DNA from: Curvularia clavata
Taxonomy: Eukaryota
Direction of reading: 5' to 3'
Assembly (NCBI GenBank): GCA_023920165.1
Contig: CP089274.1
Span: 1,674,001 to 1,738,000, forward strand
Length of the DNA stretch: 64,000 bases
In this document: in pieces, positions 44,767-56,054 of the stretch
How positions within the stretch are numbered: position 1 is the stretch's first letter
Layout: the number at the start of each line of letters is the position of its first letter
Translations under genes and position numbers: made by a program
The notes under the pieces: generated by a model
What the model saw: the letters and a program-made list of their open reading frames with translations, nothing else
Databases searched by the model: none
What the model was told of the DNA's origin: nothing

Positions 44767-47700
44767 TTAAATTTTGTCATCCTGCAGTGAAGTCATATCC
44801 TCTGTGCCTTGTTCCCATGCCGTGATCCACTTGCCAAGGGAACGTGGGGGTCCCGGTTTGGTGGGATGTTGTTCATGGAAGAGTTTGAGCTTGTGTGGGG
44901 CTCCCATGAAGTTTGAGGCTGGGTACCAGGTAGGATCCGGGTCATGTCCGACCCACCGTACTTGGTATTTTAGGTTTGAGCGGTACAACTTGCTTGCTAG
45001 GATTTCTTCTACCTCCCATTCTTCCACGCCTTGGATGGGAGTTGCTGGGGGCTTTGGAGGTTCTTGTCCTGGGAGGGGGTCTTGAGGATCTTTGCATAAT
45101 AGATCCGGGGCGAAGACATCATGGATCCGGGACCTTTTCGGAAGGTCCAAGCGGTATGAATGTCCTACCTTCTCAAGTACCCTGAAGGGTCCCTCCCATT
45201 TGGAGGATAGCTTCCTACTCGGACGGTCTGACGCGAGGTTCCGGGTACTTAGGAAGACCATGTCTCCCACATCCCAGTCAACAGAACGACGATGGCGGTT
45301 GACTGTGGTTCGCATCCTGTCCTGGGCTTTCTCCATTTGTTCCTTAGCTACCTTCCATGCGTCGTGCATGCGGGTAGCCATTTCCAATGCATCCTTATGG
45401 TTGAGTTTGTCAGTGGGGGTGAGAAGGCTGGTGGAATGTTTCCAGTCCCAACTCTGCCGGGGTTCGGAACCATATAGGATGTGGTACGGGGACATGCCAA
45501 TGGAAGAATGTGGTAGGGAAATTTGAGCACGATCGATCAAAGGTAGAAGTCCACTCCAGTTGTCTTGGTAGTAGGATACGAATGGGCGCAACCTCTGATC
45601 GATGTACTTATTCATAATCTCTGTCTGACCATCCGTTTCTTTGTGGTAGGCGGTTGACAGCTTGACCTTAACGCCTAGGATTCGGCAGAATTCCGACCAG
45701 AAGCTTGAAATGAACTGTGGTCCTCGGTCAGAGACTATGGTTTCAGGTGTGTGGCCAAATCGGTACACCCATTGAACGAATAGGTCGGCCATTCCCCTTG
45801 CATCAATAGTCTTGTGGCAGGGGATGGAGATGGCCTGCTTAGATAACCGGTCGATCACGACCATGATCATGTCGTAACCGGATCGGTCTCGGGGAAATTC
45901 CTTAAAGTCGATGCACAGGTGCTGCATCGGCCGGTCAGGAATTGGCAAAGGATGAATCATCCCTGGAATTCGGGTCTGTCTAGGATGGGCCTTCCTACAG
46001 GCTATGCAATTCCGCACATACCTTTTACAGGTGGATTCCATACCCTTCCAGTGGTACTTCTGGGACAGTAGTTGGTAGGTCTTCTTTGCACTGGGGTGCG
46101 CTGAGGATACCTGGTCGTGTACTTCCCGAATGAGGCGAGTCACAAGGGTAGAGGTGGAAGGAATGCATAGGCGGTTGGAATAGAGCAGGAGTCCGTTTTC
46201 GATCCGGTATCTGTCCGGAAGGGACCTTCGCTCTGCCCCAAACGAGGCTCGGTTCTCTTGTAGGATAGACTCGATCAGCTCCAGCGAATCGAGGGACATC
46301 GGCTCCGATATGGGCTCAACTACAAGTAAGGAGAAAGATTCCGCTTGGAGTTGGGCTACATAGGTCTTAGCAAGTTCGGAGTTGATTCGGTTGTCAAGTC
46401 GGTGCGGTCCCAGGAGGACCCGCGAACGGTTGTCAATTTGGGCTGTCTTCAGATTCCCCACATCTTGCTCCCGTCGGGAGAGGATGTCAGCACGAGCATT
46501 ATCCTTTCCGGGGGTGTATCGGATGTGGAAATTGAAGGATGCCAACTCTTCCGCCCATCGCACCTGGCGGGCATTCAGAACTTTGGTAGTCATGAAGTAT
46601 TCAAGGGAACGGTGGTCTGAGTACACGTCGACACGAGAGCGTACCGACAGCAGTTCAGGTCGCCACTTGCTAAACGCCGTTACGATGGCGAATAGTTCTT
46701 TGTCGTGTATTTCCCAGTTCAGCTCAGACCCGGATAGGACCTTGCTGAAGAATGCTACAGGACACCAATTTCCATTTGGCTGCTTTTGGGAAAGAACGCC
46801 TGCCACAACGCCATCGGACGCGTCGGTCTCCACCTTGGTATCATACTCTGGATGGTAGTGGTACAAGGTGGGAATTGCCAGCAGTGCAGATTTTAACCTT
46901 TCAAAGGCTTGGTCGCACTCCGAATCCCATACGAATGGTCTTGAGGGGCTCTGGAGGGCGAGGAGAGGTTTCGCAATTCGCGAGTATTCAGGAACGAACT
47001 GCCTGTAGAACCCAGTGAACCCTAGGAACGACTTCACACCAGTAACGGTGGTAGGTCGGACCCAATCTTGAAGGGCTTCCACCTTGTCAGGGTCCACCTC
47101 TAGACCTTGGTTGGTCAAAATGTACCCTAGGTATTTGGTCCGAGTGACATGGAATTCGCTTTTCTTGATGTCAACTTGGAGACCGGCTTGCCTAAGCCTT
47201 TCCAAGACCTGTTGTACGTGGCGGGGGTGGTCCGGTTCCGATTCGGAGTAGATCAAAATGTCGTCTAGGTAGACTATGCAGAAGCTGTCTAGATAATCAA
47301 TCAACACATCATTCATGTAGCGTTGATATGTTGCAGGGCCGTTGCATAATCCAAAAGGCAACACTTTGGACTTGTAGGTTCCGTATCTAGTGCGGAACGT
47401 GGTGTACTCCTCCGAGTCGGGGTGCATTCGGATCTTGTTGAATGCCGCACGTATGTCGAGCTTGGTGAAGATTTTCGCCTTGTGGGTGCGGGCTAGAAGC
47501 TCGTCAATGCGTGGTATCGGATACGCATCCTTTCTGGTGATTGCGTTGAGTCGGCGGTAATCTACACAGATGCGAATGTCTCCGTTTGGCTTCCGAACAC
47601 AAAGGACTGGGGAGGCGAAGGGGCAGTGGCTTGGGTCAATGTGTCCTTTCCTAAGGTTTTCCATTACGAACGTCTTGGTGGCTTCGAGTTCTTCAGTGCT

Positions 47701-48702
47701 CTGCTTGTACAGAGGACTGAATTGATTCGGAAGAGGTTCGGTCAGCACAATCTTATGATCGTATGGGCGATGTTCGGGCAGTAGCTCTGCCGCTGTCTTG
47801 CTGAAGACATCGCGGTACGAATGGTAAGCGGATGGAAGTCGGTCCCGAACAAGTTTGGCGTTTTCGGGATCGTCTGGCTTCATGCGCTCTTCTAAGATGC
47901 GATCGATCTCATAGATACTTGTCGTGAAGAACTCGTTTTCCTTACGCTTCATAGAATAATGGAAAGCATTTGCCGAAATGATGGCGATACGGGGTGAAGA
48001 TGTTGGTCGGATAGGGTCCGGAGTAGGGTCGGGAACAGGTAGTGGTAGACGAACCTTGGGAAGTTTGAGGCATCCTCTAATTCTTCGCATGAGAGCTTTG
48101 CGAGGACTGTTTTGCCTACGGTAGTTGTCCTTTTCCCATAGTGCGTCTCGCCTCTGTATGTCCCGTTCCACATCAGCATCGATGGAAGGTTGTTTCAACT
48201 GTACAAGGATAGGTGGCGCGGGATCATATGTTGGAGGGTACTTGGCCGGCCATACGATCCGGTTCCGGCTCGTATCAAGCCTAAGCTGGAAACGTCTTAA
48301 CCACTTGATTCCAATTATGCAGTCCTGTGTCCCTAGATCCATGATCACGAAGGGACAGTTGTAAATCTTTCTTCCATCGATTCGGATATGTAACCGAATA
48401 TATTTGTCTACCCTAGTTTGGACTTGGTCCTGAAATCCTTTGACTGTGATCTTGAAGGGAAGTCTTCGGATGGGGACCTGAAGGGAGCCGGAGAGGGTAC
48501 GAGCAATAGCAGAATTTAAGAATAAAAAGCCTTGGGCTCCAGTGTCAACTAAGGAGTGCAAGCTGACACCAAACCCTTTCGAACAAAGAACGGTGGGTAC
48601 TAGGAAGTGTTTTCCTCCGAACAAGTGGGATAAATCAATTTTAGCTAGATCGTACTTGTTCATGCCTAGGGCGGAGAGTTTTCCTAGGCCTGGTGGTTTC
48701 CC
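44767..48702 (-). CDS. pol: Family B Pol (PR-RT-RNaseH-IN-chromodomain), likely -1 frameshift from gag
   Basis: VDTGA, YLDD, TDASD, HHCC, VSDRG, TDGQTE, GPF and EWEVEEIL...YQVRWVG. Confidence 0.96.
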   Translation of the reverse strand, partial: GKPPGLGKLSALGMNKYDLAKIDLSHLFGGKHFLVPTVLCSKGFGVSLHSLVDTGAQGFLFLNSAIARTLSGSLQVPIRRLPFKITVKGFQDQVQTRVDKYIRLHIRIDGRKIYNCPFVIMDLGTQDCIIGIKWLRRFQLRLDTSRNRIVWPAKYPPTYDPAPPILVQLKQPSIDADVERDIQRRDALWEKDNYRRQNSPRKALMRRIRGCLKLPKVRLPLPVPDPTPDPIRPTSSPRIAIISANAFHYSMKRKENEFFTTSIYEIDRILEERMKPDDPENAKLVRDRLPSAYHSYRDVFSKTAAELLPEHRPYDHKIVLTEPLPNQFSPLYKQSTEELEATKTFVMENLRKGHIDPSHCPFASPVLCVRKPNGDIRICVDYRRLNAITRKDAYPIPRIDELLARTHKAKIFTKLDIRAAFNKIRMHPDSEEYTTFRTRYGTYKSKVLPFGLCNGPATYQRYMNDVLIDYLDSFCIVYLDDILIYSESEPDHPRHVQQVLERLRQAGLQVDIKKSEFHVTRTKYLGYILTNQGLEVDPDKVEALQDWVRPTTVTGVKSFLGFTGFYRQFVPEYSRIAKPLLALQSPSRPFVWDSECDQAFERLKSALLAIPTLYHYHPEYDTKVETDASDGVVAGVLSQKQPNGNWCPVAFFSKVLSGSELNWEIHDKELFAIVTAFSKWRPELLSVRSRVDVYSDHRSLEYFMTTKVLNARQVRWAEELASFNFHIRYTPGKDNARADILSRREQDVGNLKTAQIDNRSRVLLGPHRLDNRINSELAKTYVAQLQAESFSLLVVEPISEPMSLDSLELIESILQENRASFGAERRSLPDRYRIENGLLLYSNRLCIPSTSTLVTRLIREVHDQVSSAHPSAKKTYQLLSQKYHWKGMESTCKRYVRNCIACRKAHPRQTRIPGMIHPLPIPDRPMQHLCIDFKEFPRDRSGYDMIMVVIDRLSKQAISIPCHKTIDARGMADLFVQWVYRFGHTPETIVSDRGPQFISSFWSEFCRILGVKVKLSTAYHKETDGQTEIMNKYIDQRLRPFVSYYQDNWSGLLPLIDRAQISLPHSSIGMSPYHILYGSEPRQSWDWKHSTSLLTPTDKLNHKDALEMATRMHDAWKVAKEQMEKAQDRMRTTVNRHRRSVDWDVGDMVFLSTRNLASDRPSRKLSSKWEGPFRVLEKVGHSYRLDLPKRSRIHDVFAPDLLCKDPQDPLPGQEPPKPPATPIQGVEEWEVEEILASKLYRSNLKYQVRWVGHDPDPTWYPASNFMGAPHKLKLFHEQHPTKPGPPRSLGKWITAWEQGTEDMTSLQDDKI

Positions 48703-49874
48703 GCCCGGTCCTCCTCCGATAAGTATTCGTGTGCTTCTTCGAATTCTTCCTTCTCTGCTTCGATTTCTCGAACCCGAGGAATGGGGCACTCATTCGCATA
48801 ATGTCCAGGTTTTCCGCAGTTATAGCAATTGCTAGTAGTCGGTTTGCTATCCAGTGCGGGGGTCTTTGAAGGGAACCTGGGGGTATTAGAATGAGCGCGA
48901 GATTGGGTCGGAGCTGGTTCGGATCGGACTCCATAAGTGTTTGGGCGGTAGTCCCGGTATTGACTGACGCGGGGCTTCGTTGGTGGAGTACGAGAATTAT
49001 TGGAAGTGGGTTCCGAACCGTGTCCGAAAGGAGTGTTCCTTCTTTCGGTATCGAAGGCAGTAAGGTGTTGTATCATCTTGTCAAAGGAGTTGTTCCACTG
49101 GTGTTTAAATCCCAAGTTTGGAACACGCAAGGCGGGGGTAATTTTTTCCCATAAGTAGAAAAACCACTCCGACTTCGATACGGATCCTTTGACGGCAGCA
49201 CTTATAAATTTTGCCTTAAATTCAGCGAAGGTTTCCTTTTTGTCCATGAGCAAGCGGTGGAAAGCAGCGCGGCTTTCCGCTTGCTCGTTGCCGGATACGA
49301 AGTATGATTTTAGAGTAGCTATCATATCTTCGGCGTTTTGGAACCGGTCCTCCACCGAATCGGCTAGGTACTGTGGTTCCAGGTATCCCTTGGCGATACC
49401 TGTAGTATGTCCCCAGACTAGAGCCATGCGTGCGCGTTCACTCCGATAATGGTCCGCGTTGATTGTTAAGCGGTCCTCTATTGACGCTTGCCATTGGCGG
49501 AACGTAGGTTCTGTTCCATCACTAAGGTTATCAATGGAAGGGGTACGTTCTGTGAGTTTGACACGTAGCAGGTCCGGGGTTGCTGACTGGTACCTTCCGA
49601 ATTGAGTTTCGGTTGGTTCAGCGATAGTCGGTGGTGATTCGGTGGAGGGGAGAGGTTGATCTGGGGCTGCGGTGTTTTGGCGGGACAGCCGTGCGATTTG
49701 TTCGTTTAGCCTGTCGATCTCTGCCCGAAGGAGGCTAGTCTCATCCTCTTCCGAATCCTCTTCCTCTTCGACGGCTGGCGGTTTGCCAGGCGTCTTCTCT
49801 CTTGACTTCGAATCTTGGAAGCGCGGCGACTTCCTGGAAAGCTCTCCTGAGCCGGATGGGGTTCGGTCAGCCAT
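48684..49874 (-). CDS. gag: Family B Gag, 396 aa
   Basis: Single CCHC knuckle CYNCGKPGHYANEC; short overlap with pol at GGGAAAC. Confidence 0.93.
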   Translation of the reverse strand: MADRTPSGSGELSRKSPRFQDSKSREKTPGKPPAVEEEEDSEEDETSLLRAEIDRLNEQIARLSRQNTAAPDQPLPSTESPPTIAEPTETQFGRYQSATPDLLRVKLTERTPSIDNLSDGTEPTFRQWQASIEDRLTINADHYRSERARMALVWGHTTGIAKGYLEPQYLADSVEDRFQNAEDMIATLKSYFVSGNEQAESRAAFHRLLMDKKETFAEFKAKFISAAVKGSVSKSEWFFYLWEKITPALRVPNLGFKHQWNNSFDKMIQHLTAFDTERRNTPFGHGSEPTSNNSRTPPTKPRVSQYRDYRPNTYGVRSEPAPTQSRAHSNTPRFPSKTPALDSKPTTSNCYNCGKPGHYANECPIPRVREIEAEKEEFEEAHEYLSEEDRAGNHQA

Positions 49875-50169
49875 CGACGGTTGTCTTCGTGGCTGATGGG
49901 TTTTTGGTAGTCTCCGAGTCTCTACCTTGGCGCAATCTACGCGACTTCTCCGAAGTTAACCTGACTGCAATCAGTACAGGAGGTCCAAACCCAAAGGCTT
50001 CGGTCGGCGGGAGATCGAAGGGATCCCGCCTGTGTGTGAATGTGGGACGTAACGGTGTGAAGTATCCGGAGCGGTTCCGGAGGGACTTGGGCTTGGGCGC
50101 GGTCTCAACAAACAAGCTGCGATATTGTTTTGAAGGCCGTCACCGGCTGGGACGAGATTTTTGATATAA

Positions 50170-50440
50170 TGTAACGGCGCGAGCAAGACTAGTCGAATCG
50201 GTTCCGGTGGGAAGTGTCACTCAAATGCATATGGAAGTGCGTGGGACAGCAGAAACACCTTGGATTCGGTAGACACTCATAGGCCTGGTACGAAAGGATA
50301 TCAAAAATCTACCGAACATCTATGGAAGGTACCTGGTACTTATACCTGGGTGCGGGTCTTCATCGGGTCTGACCCGGCTCTCAATCGGATCTTGATAAGC
50401 TGCCCTGGCTGGGGTATGTTTTGGTCTATGCATGGTTACA
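50170..50440 (-). repeat. Family B 5' LTR
   Basis: Matches 43245-43515; followed by TSD CTGCC. Confidence 0.96.
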
Positions 50441-51205
50441 CTGCCTAGCCCTAACTCTAGTCTTAGTAGGGCTAGGGTTAGGCTAGATTAGTTTATATAA
50501 GATCTAACCCCGCCCTGACCCCGACCTAAATACCACCCTATCTATTAGATTACTATATTATTATAAGGTTACTATATCCTTATAGTATATATCTAAGTAC
50601 TAGATCTATAATATATTTTAGAGCTTTAAAAAATTTACTATAGTATGTTGAAGTAATGGGTGGCTGCTAGTACTACTAGTAGTAGACTTAGACAGCCTGA
50701 TCGAGAGACTCTAGATAGACGAGAGATTGCTAGGGGAGAGAGTTGATGGACACGATTAACTTTGTATAAACTGCTCTTGTTTCTATCTACTAGCTATTCT
50801 ACTACTATATATATTAGCTGGAGTAGATTCTAGAAGAATCTATCTAGTAGTAGCTTGCGTAATCTTTAGCGTCATAGACAGATGTCTATAGATCGATTAT
50901 AGTCTTGACAGATCGACTATAGACTAAGTTGATTCTGGGTGTAGAAGTACGCACCCAGATACTGTAGATTAGCTGACTAGCTTAGATCTACAACATAGTA
51001 AGCTACTATTATATAAATACTTATTTCTAAAGTACTTAAATTAAGTACTAGAGTAAGCGATATAATATATAGAGATAGATATAGCTAGAGTAAAAGACTT
51101 TAGATAGTAATTATTTAAACTATAGAGAGTAGTACTATATAGAGAGCTATCTCTAAATTTATATAAATTATAAAATAGAGTTAGTAGAATACTACTATTT
51201 ATATA

Positions 51206-53060
51206 ACGTAGTTTATAAGCGAGTCGGTCATATAAGCGAGTCGGTCACCCCTCTAGCTTTGATCACCCACCTTAACTTTACGCGCAATGTCTCTACACCA
51301 CGCTTCTAAATTAACTTCTCACGAAGGGGATATTCAGCTTGCCTTTTCTTCTCTAGATAGTAATTAAATCTAGAGTATCTGACGCGCTACTATAGCCTTT
51401 AATGTTCCAAAATCAACACTAATCGACTAACGCGCTAGGAGATACGCGCGGCGCGATTACCAGCCTAATTTAAAGAAGCTATCGCAGCTAGAAGAGTAAG
51501 TAATTACTAGCTATATAATCGATCTCGATCTATGTAGATTTGCGTCTACCTATACTGCTATGCGAGATATAGCTGATAAGCTGCTGGCTACGCGCGACGC
51601 TAGCTAGATTGGCGTTCACTGGCCGCGCAACTTTGTTAAGCGTACAGACAGTCTTACGACGCGTTTCAATCGAGCGTATAATAGATAGAGAGCCCTATGT
51701 GAAAATCCGGTCTTAATTAAGAGCTGGTTTAAGCTTATAGAGCAGACAAAGGCTAAGTATGGCATCTGCGACGAGAACGTCTACAACTTTGATGAAGCTG
51801 GCTTTTTAATAGGCAAAATTACTACTTAGCTTGTCGTTATAGTATTAGAGAGAAGAGGCCATCCAAAGGCTATCTAGCTAGGTAGTCGCGAGTAGGTGAC
51901 GTTTATTACTACGATTAACGCAGCTAGCTGGTCTATCCCACTATTTCTAATCTTTACTAGTAAGTATTACCTGTCTGCCTGGTACGAGGAGGCAGAAATC
52001 CTACGCGACTGGGCGATCGCAGTAAGCAAAAACAGCTAGACGACTAATAAGCTTGGAGTTAAGTGGCTAAAGCACTTTATTAAGTATATAGATGGTAAGA
52101 TTATTAGAGTACGCCAGCTACTTATCTTTAATAGCTATAAGAGCTACCAGTCACTTAAGTTCCAAGAGCTCTATAAGGAGAACAATATCTACACGCTCTG
52201 TATGCCGCCTCACTCGTTTTACCTACTCCAGCCTCTTAATATTAGCTGCTTCTCTCTATTAAAGCGCGCGTATAGCCGTAAGATAGAGAGTCTAATATGT
52301 AACTATATCAACTATATCACTAAGCTCGAGTTTCTACTAGCATTTAAGATAGCGTTCAATCAATCCTTTACGCTAGCTAATATCTGCTCAGCTTTCTAAG
52401 GCGCAGGCCTTGTTCCTCTCTAGCTAGATACTATTCTATCAAAGCTTGACGTATAGCTACGTACGTCTACTCCTCTAGCTGCTCTCGCGGAAGCTCTCTG
52501 GCAGCCCTATACGCCAAGCAACGTACGCGAGCTTAAAGCTCAATCAACACTAATAAGTAATCGCGTTCGATAGTATAAAAGCTCTTCGCCAGCTTCAATT
52601 ATTATAGCAATTAATTAGCTTAAGAAAGGTGCGCAAGTAATAATACTATCGGCTAAGCTAATACGCGATTAGATCACTAGTCTTCAGAAGGCTAATAAGC
52701 TAGCATCAAAGCGTAGACAGCATAAAAGAAAGCGAATACAGAAGTAAGAAGTACTTACAAAAAAAACTAGCGAGAATATTATCGCTCAACGCGATACTAA
52801 TAAGCAGATTGCTCATAAAGAGCGTCAGGGAGGAGAGCGATTAGGTGTTAGCGGCCGGGCTCTTACGCGCTATAGTAGATGCAAAGAGACTAGCCATAAC
52901 TCGCGTACATATAAGAAAAATACTCTAGATAGCAATTAATCTACTATCTTAATATCTGTCAAAACTATCTATATATAGTGGAGCTACACGCTTGTAAAGG
53001 TGCGCAAAGTTAGTAGGGTGACCGACTCGCTTGTATGACCGACTCGCTTATAAACTACGT
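51206..53060 (+). mobile_element. Fot1/pogo-type Tc1/mariner DNA transposon, full length (1855 bp), RIP-inactivated
   Basis: ~45-bp TIRs beginning ACGTAG with a doubled AAGCGAGTCGGTCA, and TA TSD. Relic DDE motifs YNFDEAGF and MPPHS.YLLQPL, with many TAG/TAA stops. Confidence 0.93.
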
Positions 53061-55635
53061 TATATAAGATAGTAGATAGATAGATAGATAGAATTTAAAT
53101 ACTTAGCTATATATTTCGATTCTATAGATATTTTATATCTCTAGATAATATTTAGAACTTACTATTACTAATAAGTAATAGATATAATTACTTTAGTAGA
53201 GATAGCTATACTTTATTCTCTTTTTTACTACTATTTACTCTAGTCTATATAGCTTCTATATTGATTTAGCTCTAGCTTTTACTTACTAGAAAGTTAAAAA
53301 AATTATTAACTTTATTTAATAGAGTACTATTCTCTCTATAATTATAATTACTTAAATCTAAAGTATTTTTTATTTTCTAAGTAAATATATCTATTATAAC
53401 TATAATTTCTTATATATATCTAGTACTAAATTAGTACTATTAATATTTAATTATATTTTTTATAATATTAAAAATATACTTAATATCTATTTATACTATA
53501 GATATAGTTAAAATATTTTAGATAACTTAGATAAGATAGAAGTAAGTATTTTTATTTATTTACTACTAGCTAAGTAAATTAAAATTACTTTTTTTATTAT
53601 ATATAGATAGTATATCAAAATATATCTCTTTTTTTTTTAAAATATAGATTTTTTTTTCTATATTAGTATTTTTTTAACTAGAGCTTAAGCTTATTTTCTA
53701 GAGAAAGCTATAGCTAGAGTTTAATAGTCTACTATTCTATAATAGAAGTAGAGATAGTCTCTAAAACTACTTACTAGTATATAGCTTTTTCTAGTATTTT
53801 CAAAAAATAGAGCTAGAGTACTTTTTACTATTATAGTAGAATAGATAGCTAAAAAAACAAGTTATAGTATTTATATTTATAGTATAGTTTCTATTAAATA
53901 GTATTTTAGTTTATAATTAGTCTAGTATAATAGAGTATAAATAGTATACATATTTTATAGATTATCAATTTCTATTTTAGATTCAAAATCATTATATAGT
54001 TAAATAAATACTTATAGTTATCATTAGTTTTTAAATAATATTTATTTAGCTTTATTCTATTTCTTTTAGCTATAGCCTTTATAATATCTAGCTAGTCTCT
54101 AGTTTACTTTTAGTACTTAAAGTTATTCTTTAAATTCTACTTAATATTATCTAGAAAGTTAAAAAGCTAGTTATATATTAGCTAGACATAGAAAATTTAA
54201 AATTTACTACTCTAACTAAGCTAAAAAGTAGCTTTTTTAAAATTATAGAGTAGTTTAGTAACTATCTTAAATAATTCTATTCTAATACTAATAGCTATAG
54301 CTATTTAAAATTATATTAGCTTAGCTTTATATTTCTAGCTAGATTTAGTTACTTTCTAGTATTTACTAAAGCTTAAAGCATAATCTTATTTTTAAGCTAG
54401 TAATTAATATAGACTTAGAAATAAATAGCGCGCTTATATATATTATAAATAGAATTCTATTAAATTTTAATATTATAAATAATATAGAACTACTTTTTTA
54501 CTACTAGATATATCTATTTAGATATAAATTATTAATATTTTATAGTAATAATAGAATTATAAAATAAATAGCGTAAAGCTATATATAGTTAGACTATATA
54601 TAGTATAGTAGATAGAGCTTCTACTTTATAAAGTAAGTTTAGAACTAAAAGTCTTTTAGTAATCTTACTAAGATAATATATTTCTAAGCTAGTATTTATA
54701 TTAGTTAGTACTACTAGTATTAAATACTAGATAATATTCTAAATAATAAGATTAATAATATAAAGAAGATAGAAGATAGTATTTTTACTTAAACTTTAGC
54801 TAACGTCTATTTTCTATAGCTAAAAATAGATAGTTTAGGTAAGTAAAGTATTATTACTAGTATTATTATAAATAATTATAAGTAGATATTTCTCTATATT
54901 TATATATAAAAAAGTATAAGATATCTTCTCTACTATAGTTATTTTAGTATATCTTCTATAAATTAGAGTAAAATTTCATAGCTTTTTTTATAGCTACTAT
55001 AATATGTTGATATAGTATATTTTAATAGCTAGAAAGCTAAAATAGTTATTTATAGACAAGATATCTAGTATAATTAATAGTTTTATATAGTTACTAAAAA
55101 TTTTAAATAGACTAGCTAAGGCTTTTCTAAGCTTAGCTAGAAAGACTAAGTTAAATTTTAGATAAGTAATTAGTAGAACTAATAGTTATAGAAAGTATAT
55201 AAACTACTAAAATACTAAATATTTAACTATATAAAAAAACTAACTATTATTTACTACTACTTAAATTAGCTTCTATTTAAAAGCTTTTAAGAAGAAGATA
55301 GATATAGAGAAAGCTATATATAGAATTTAGTAGTAGATATTTATCAATCTGCTATAGACTAGTATAGATATTTACTAGTAGATTTTAGTTTTATAGTACT
55401 AAATTAAATATTTTATTCTAATTTTTGTAGATATTAAATACTATAGTATATAGCTATAGTAAAGGTAGAGAATATATAGATAGCTATTTACTATATCTAT
55501 AGTTTCTATAAATATAAGCTAGACTTATCTAGTCTAGATACTAGAGTTTTATTATAGATTTTAAAATTTTAGATATTAGACTAGATTTTTTATCTATAGT
55601 ATTTAGTTCTACTACTCTATCTAGGGTAAGATAGT

Positions 55636-56054
55636 TAGGGTGGTATTTGGGTTGGGGTCAGGGCGGGGTTGGGTCTTATGTAAACTAATCTAGCCTAACC
55701 CTAGCCCTACTAAAACTAGAGTTAGGGCTAGACGGGGCTAGTCTTAGTAGTTACTATAGCTAGACTAGGTTAGGGCTAGGGCTACTAAAACTAGAACTAG
55801 AATAGCCTACTTTAAAATATTTTTATTTTTTCTTAGTAAATATTTAAAAAAAATATAAATATTTTAAGATAGACTAGCTTCATTCTAGTTTTAGTAGCTC
55901 TAGGCCTAATTCTAGCTCTACTAAGACTTAGGCTAGCCTAACTCTAGTCTAGGTTTTAGTAGGGCTAGAGCTACTAAGACCGAAGTTAGGGCGGGGCTGG
56001 CTCTGACCCTACCTCTGACCTATGGTGGGTGCCCCTGACCCAAATACCACTCTA
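55636..56054. mobile_element. 419-bp hAT MITE, uninterrupted copy
   Basis: TIRs TAGGGTGGTATTTGGG / CCCAAATACCACTCTA (RIPped CAGGG...CCCTG), 8-bp TSD AAGATAGT, palindromic AT-rich core. Confidence 0.92.

Larger units (their letters stand above)
43245..50440 (-). mobile_element. Ty3/gypsy chromovirus family B, intact
   Basis: 271-bp LTRs that appear identical (43245-43515, 50170-50440), TSD CTGCC, G-rich PPT, and open gag and pol. Confidence 0.97.
42921..50540. mobile_element. 419-bp hAT MITE (42921-43244 + 50446-50540) split by the family B retrotransposon
   Basis: TIRs TAGAGTGGTATTT / AAATACCACCCTA and 8-bp TSD TCTATTAG (42913-42920, 50541-50548). Reassembled length equals the copy at 55636-56054, in opposite orientation. 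Confidence 0.9.

Noticed and set aside
55636..56054. MITE as Tc1/mariner type because its ends read TA
   Set aside because: The TA belongs to RIP-mutated CAGGG termini; perfect 8-bp TSDs indicate hAT.
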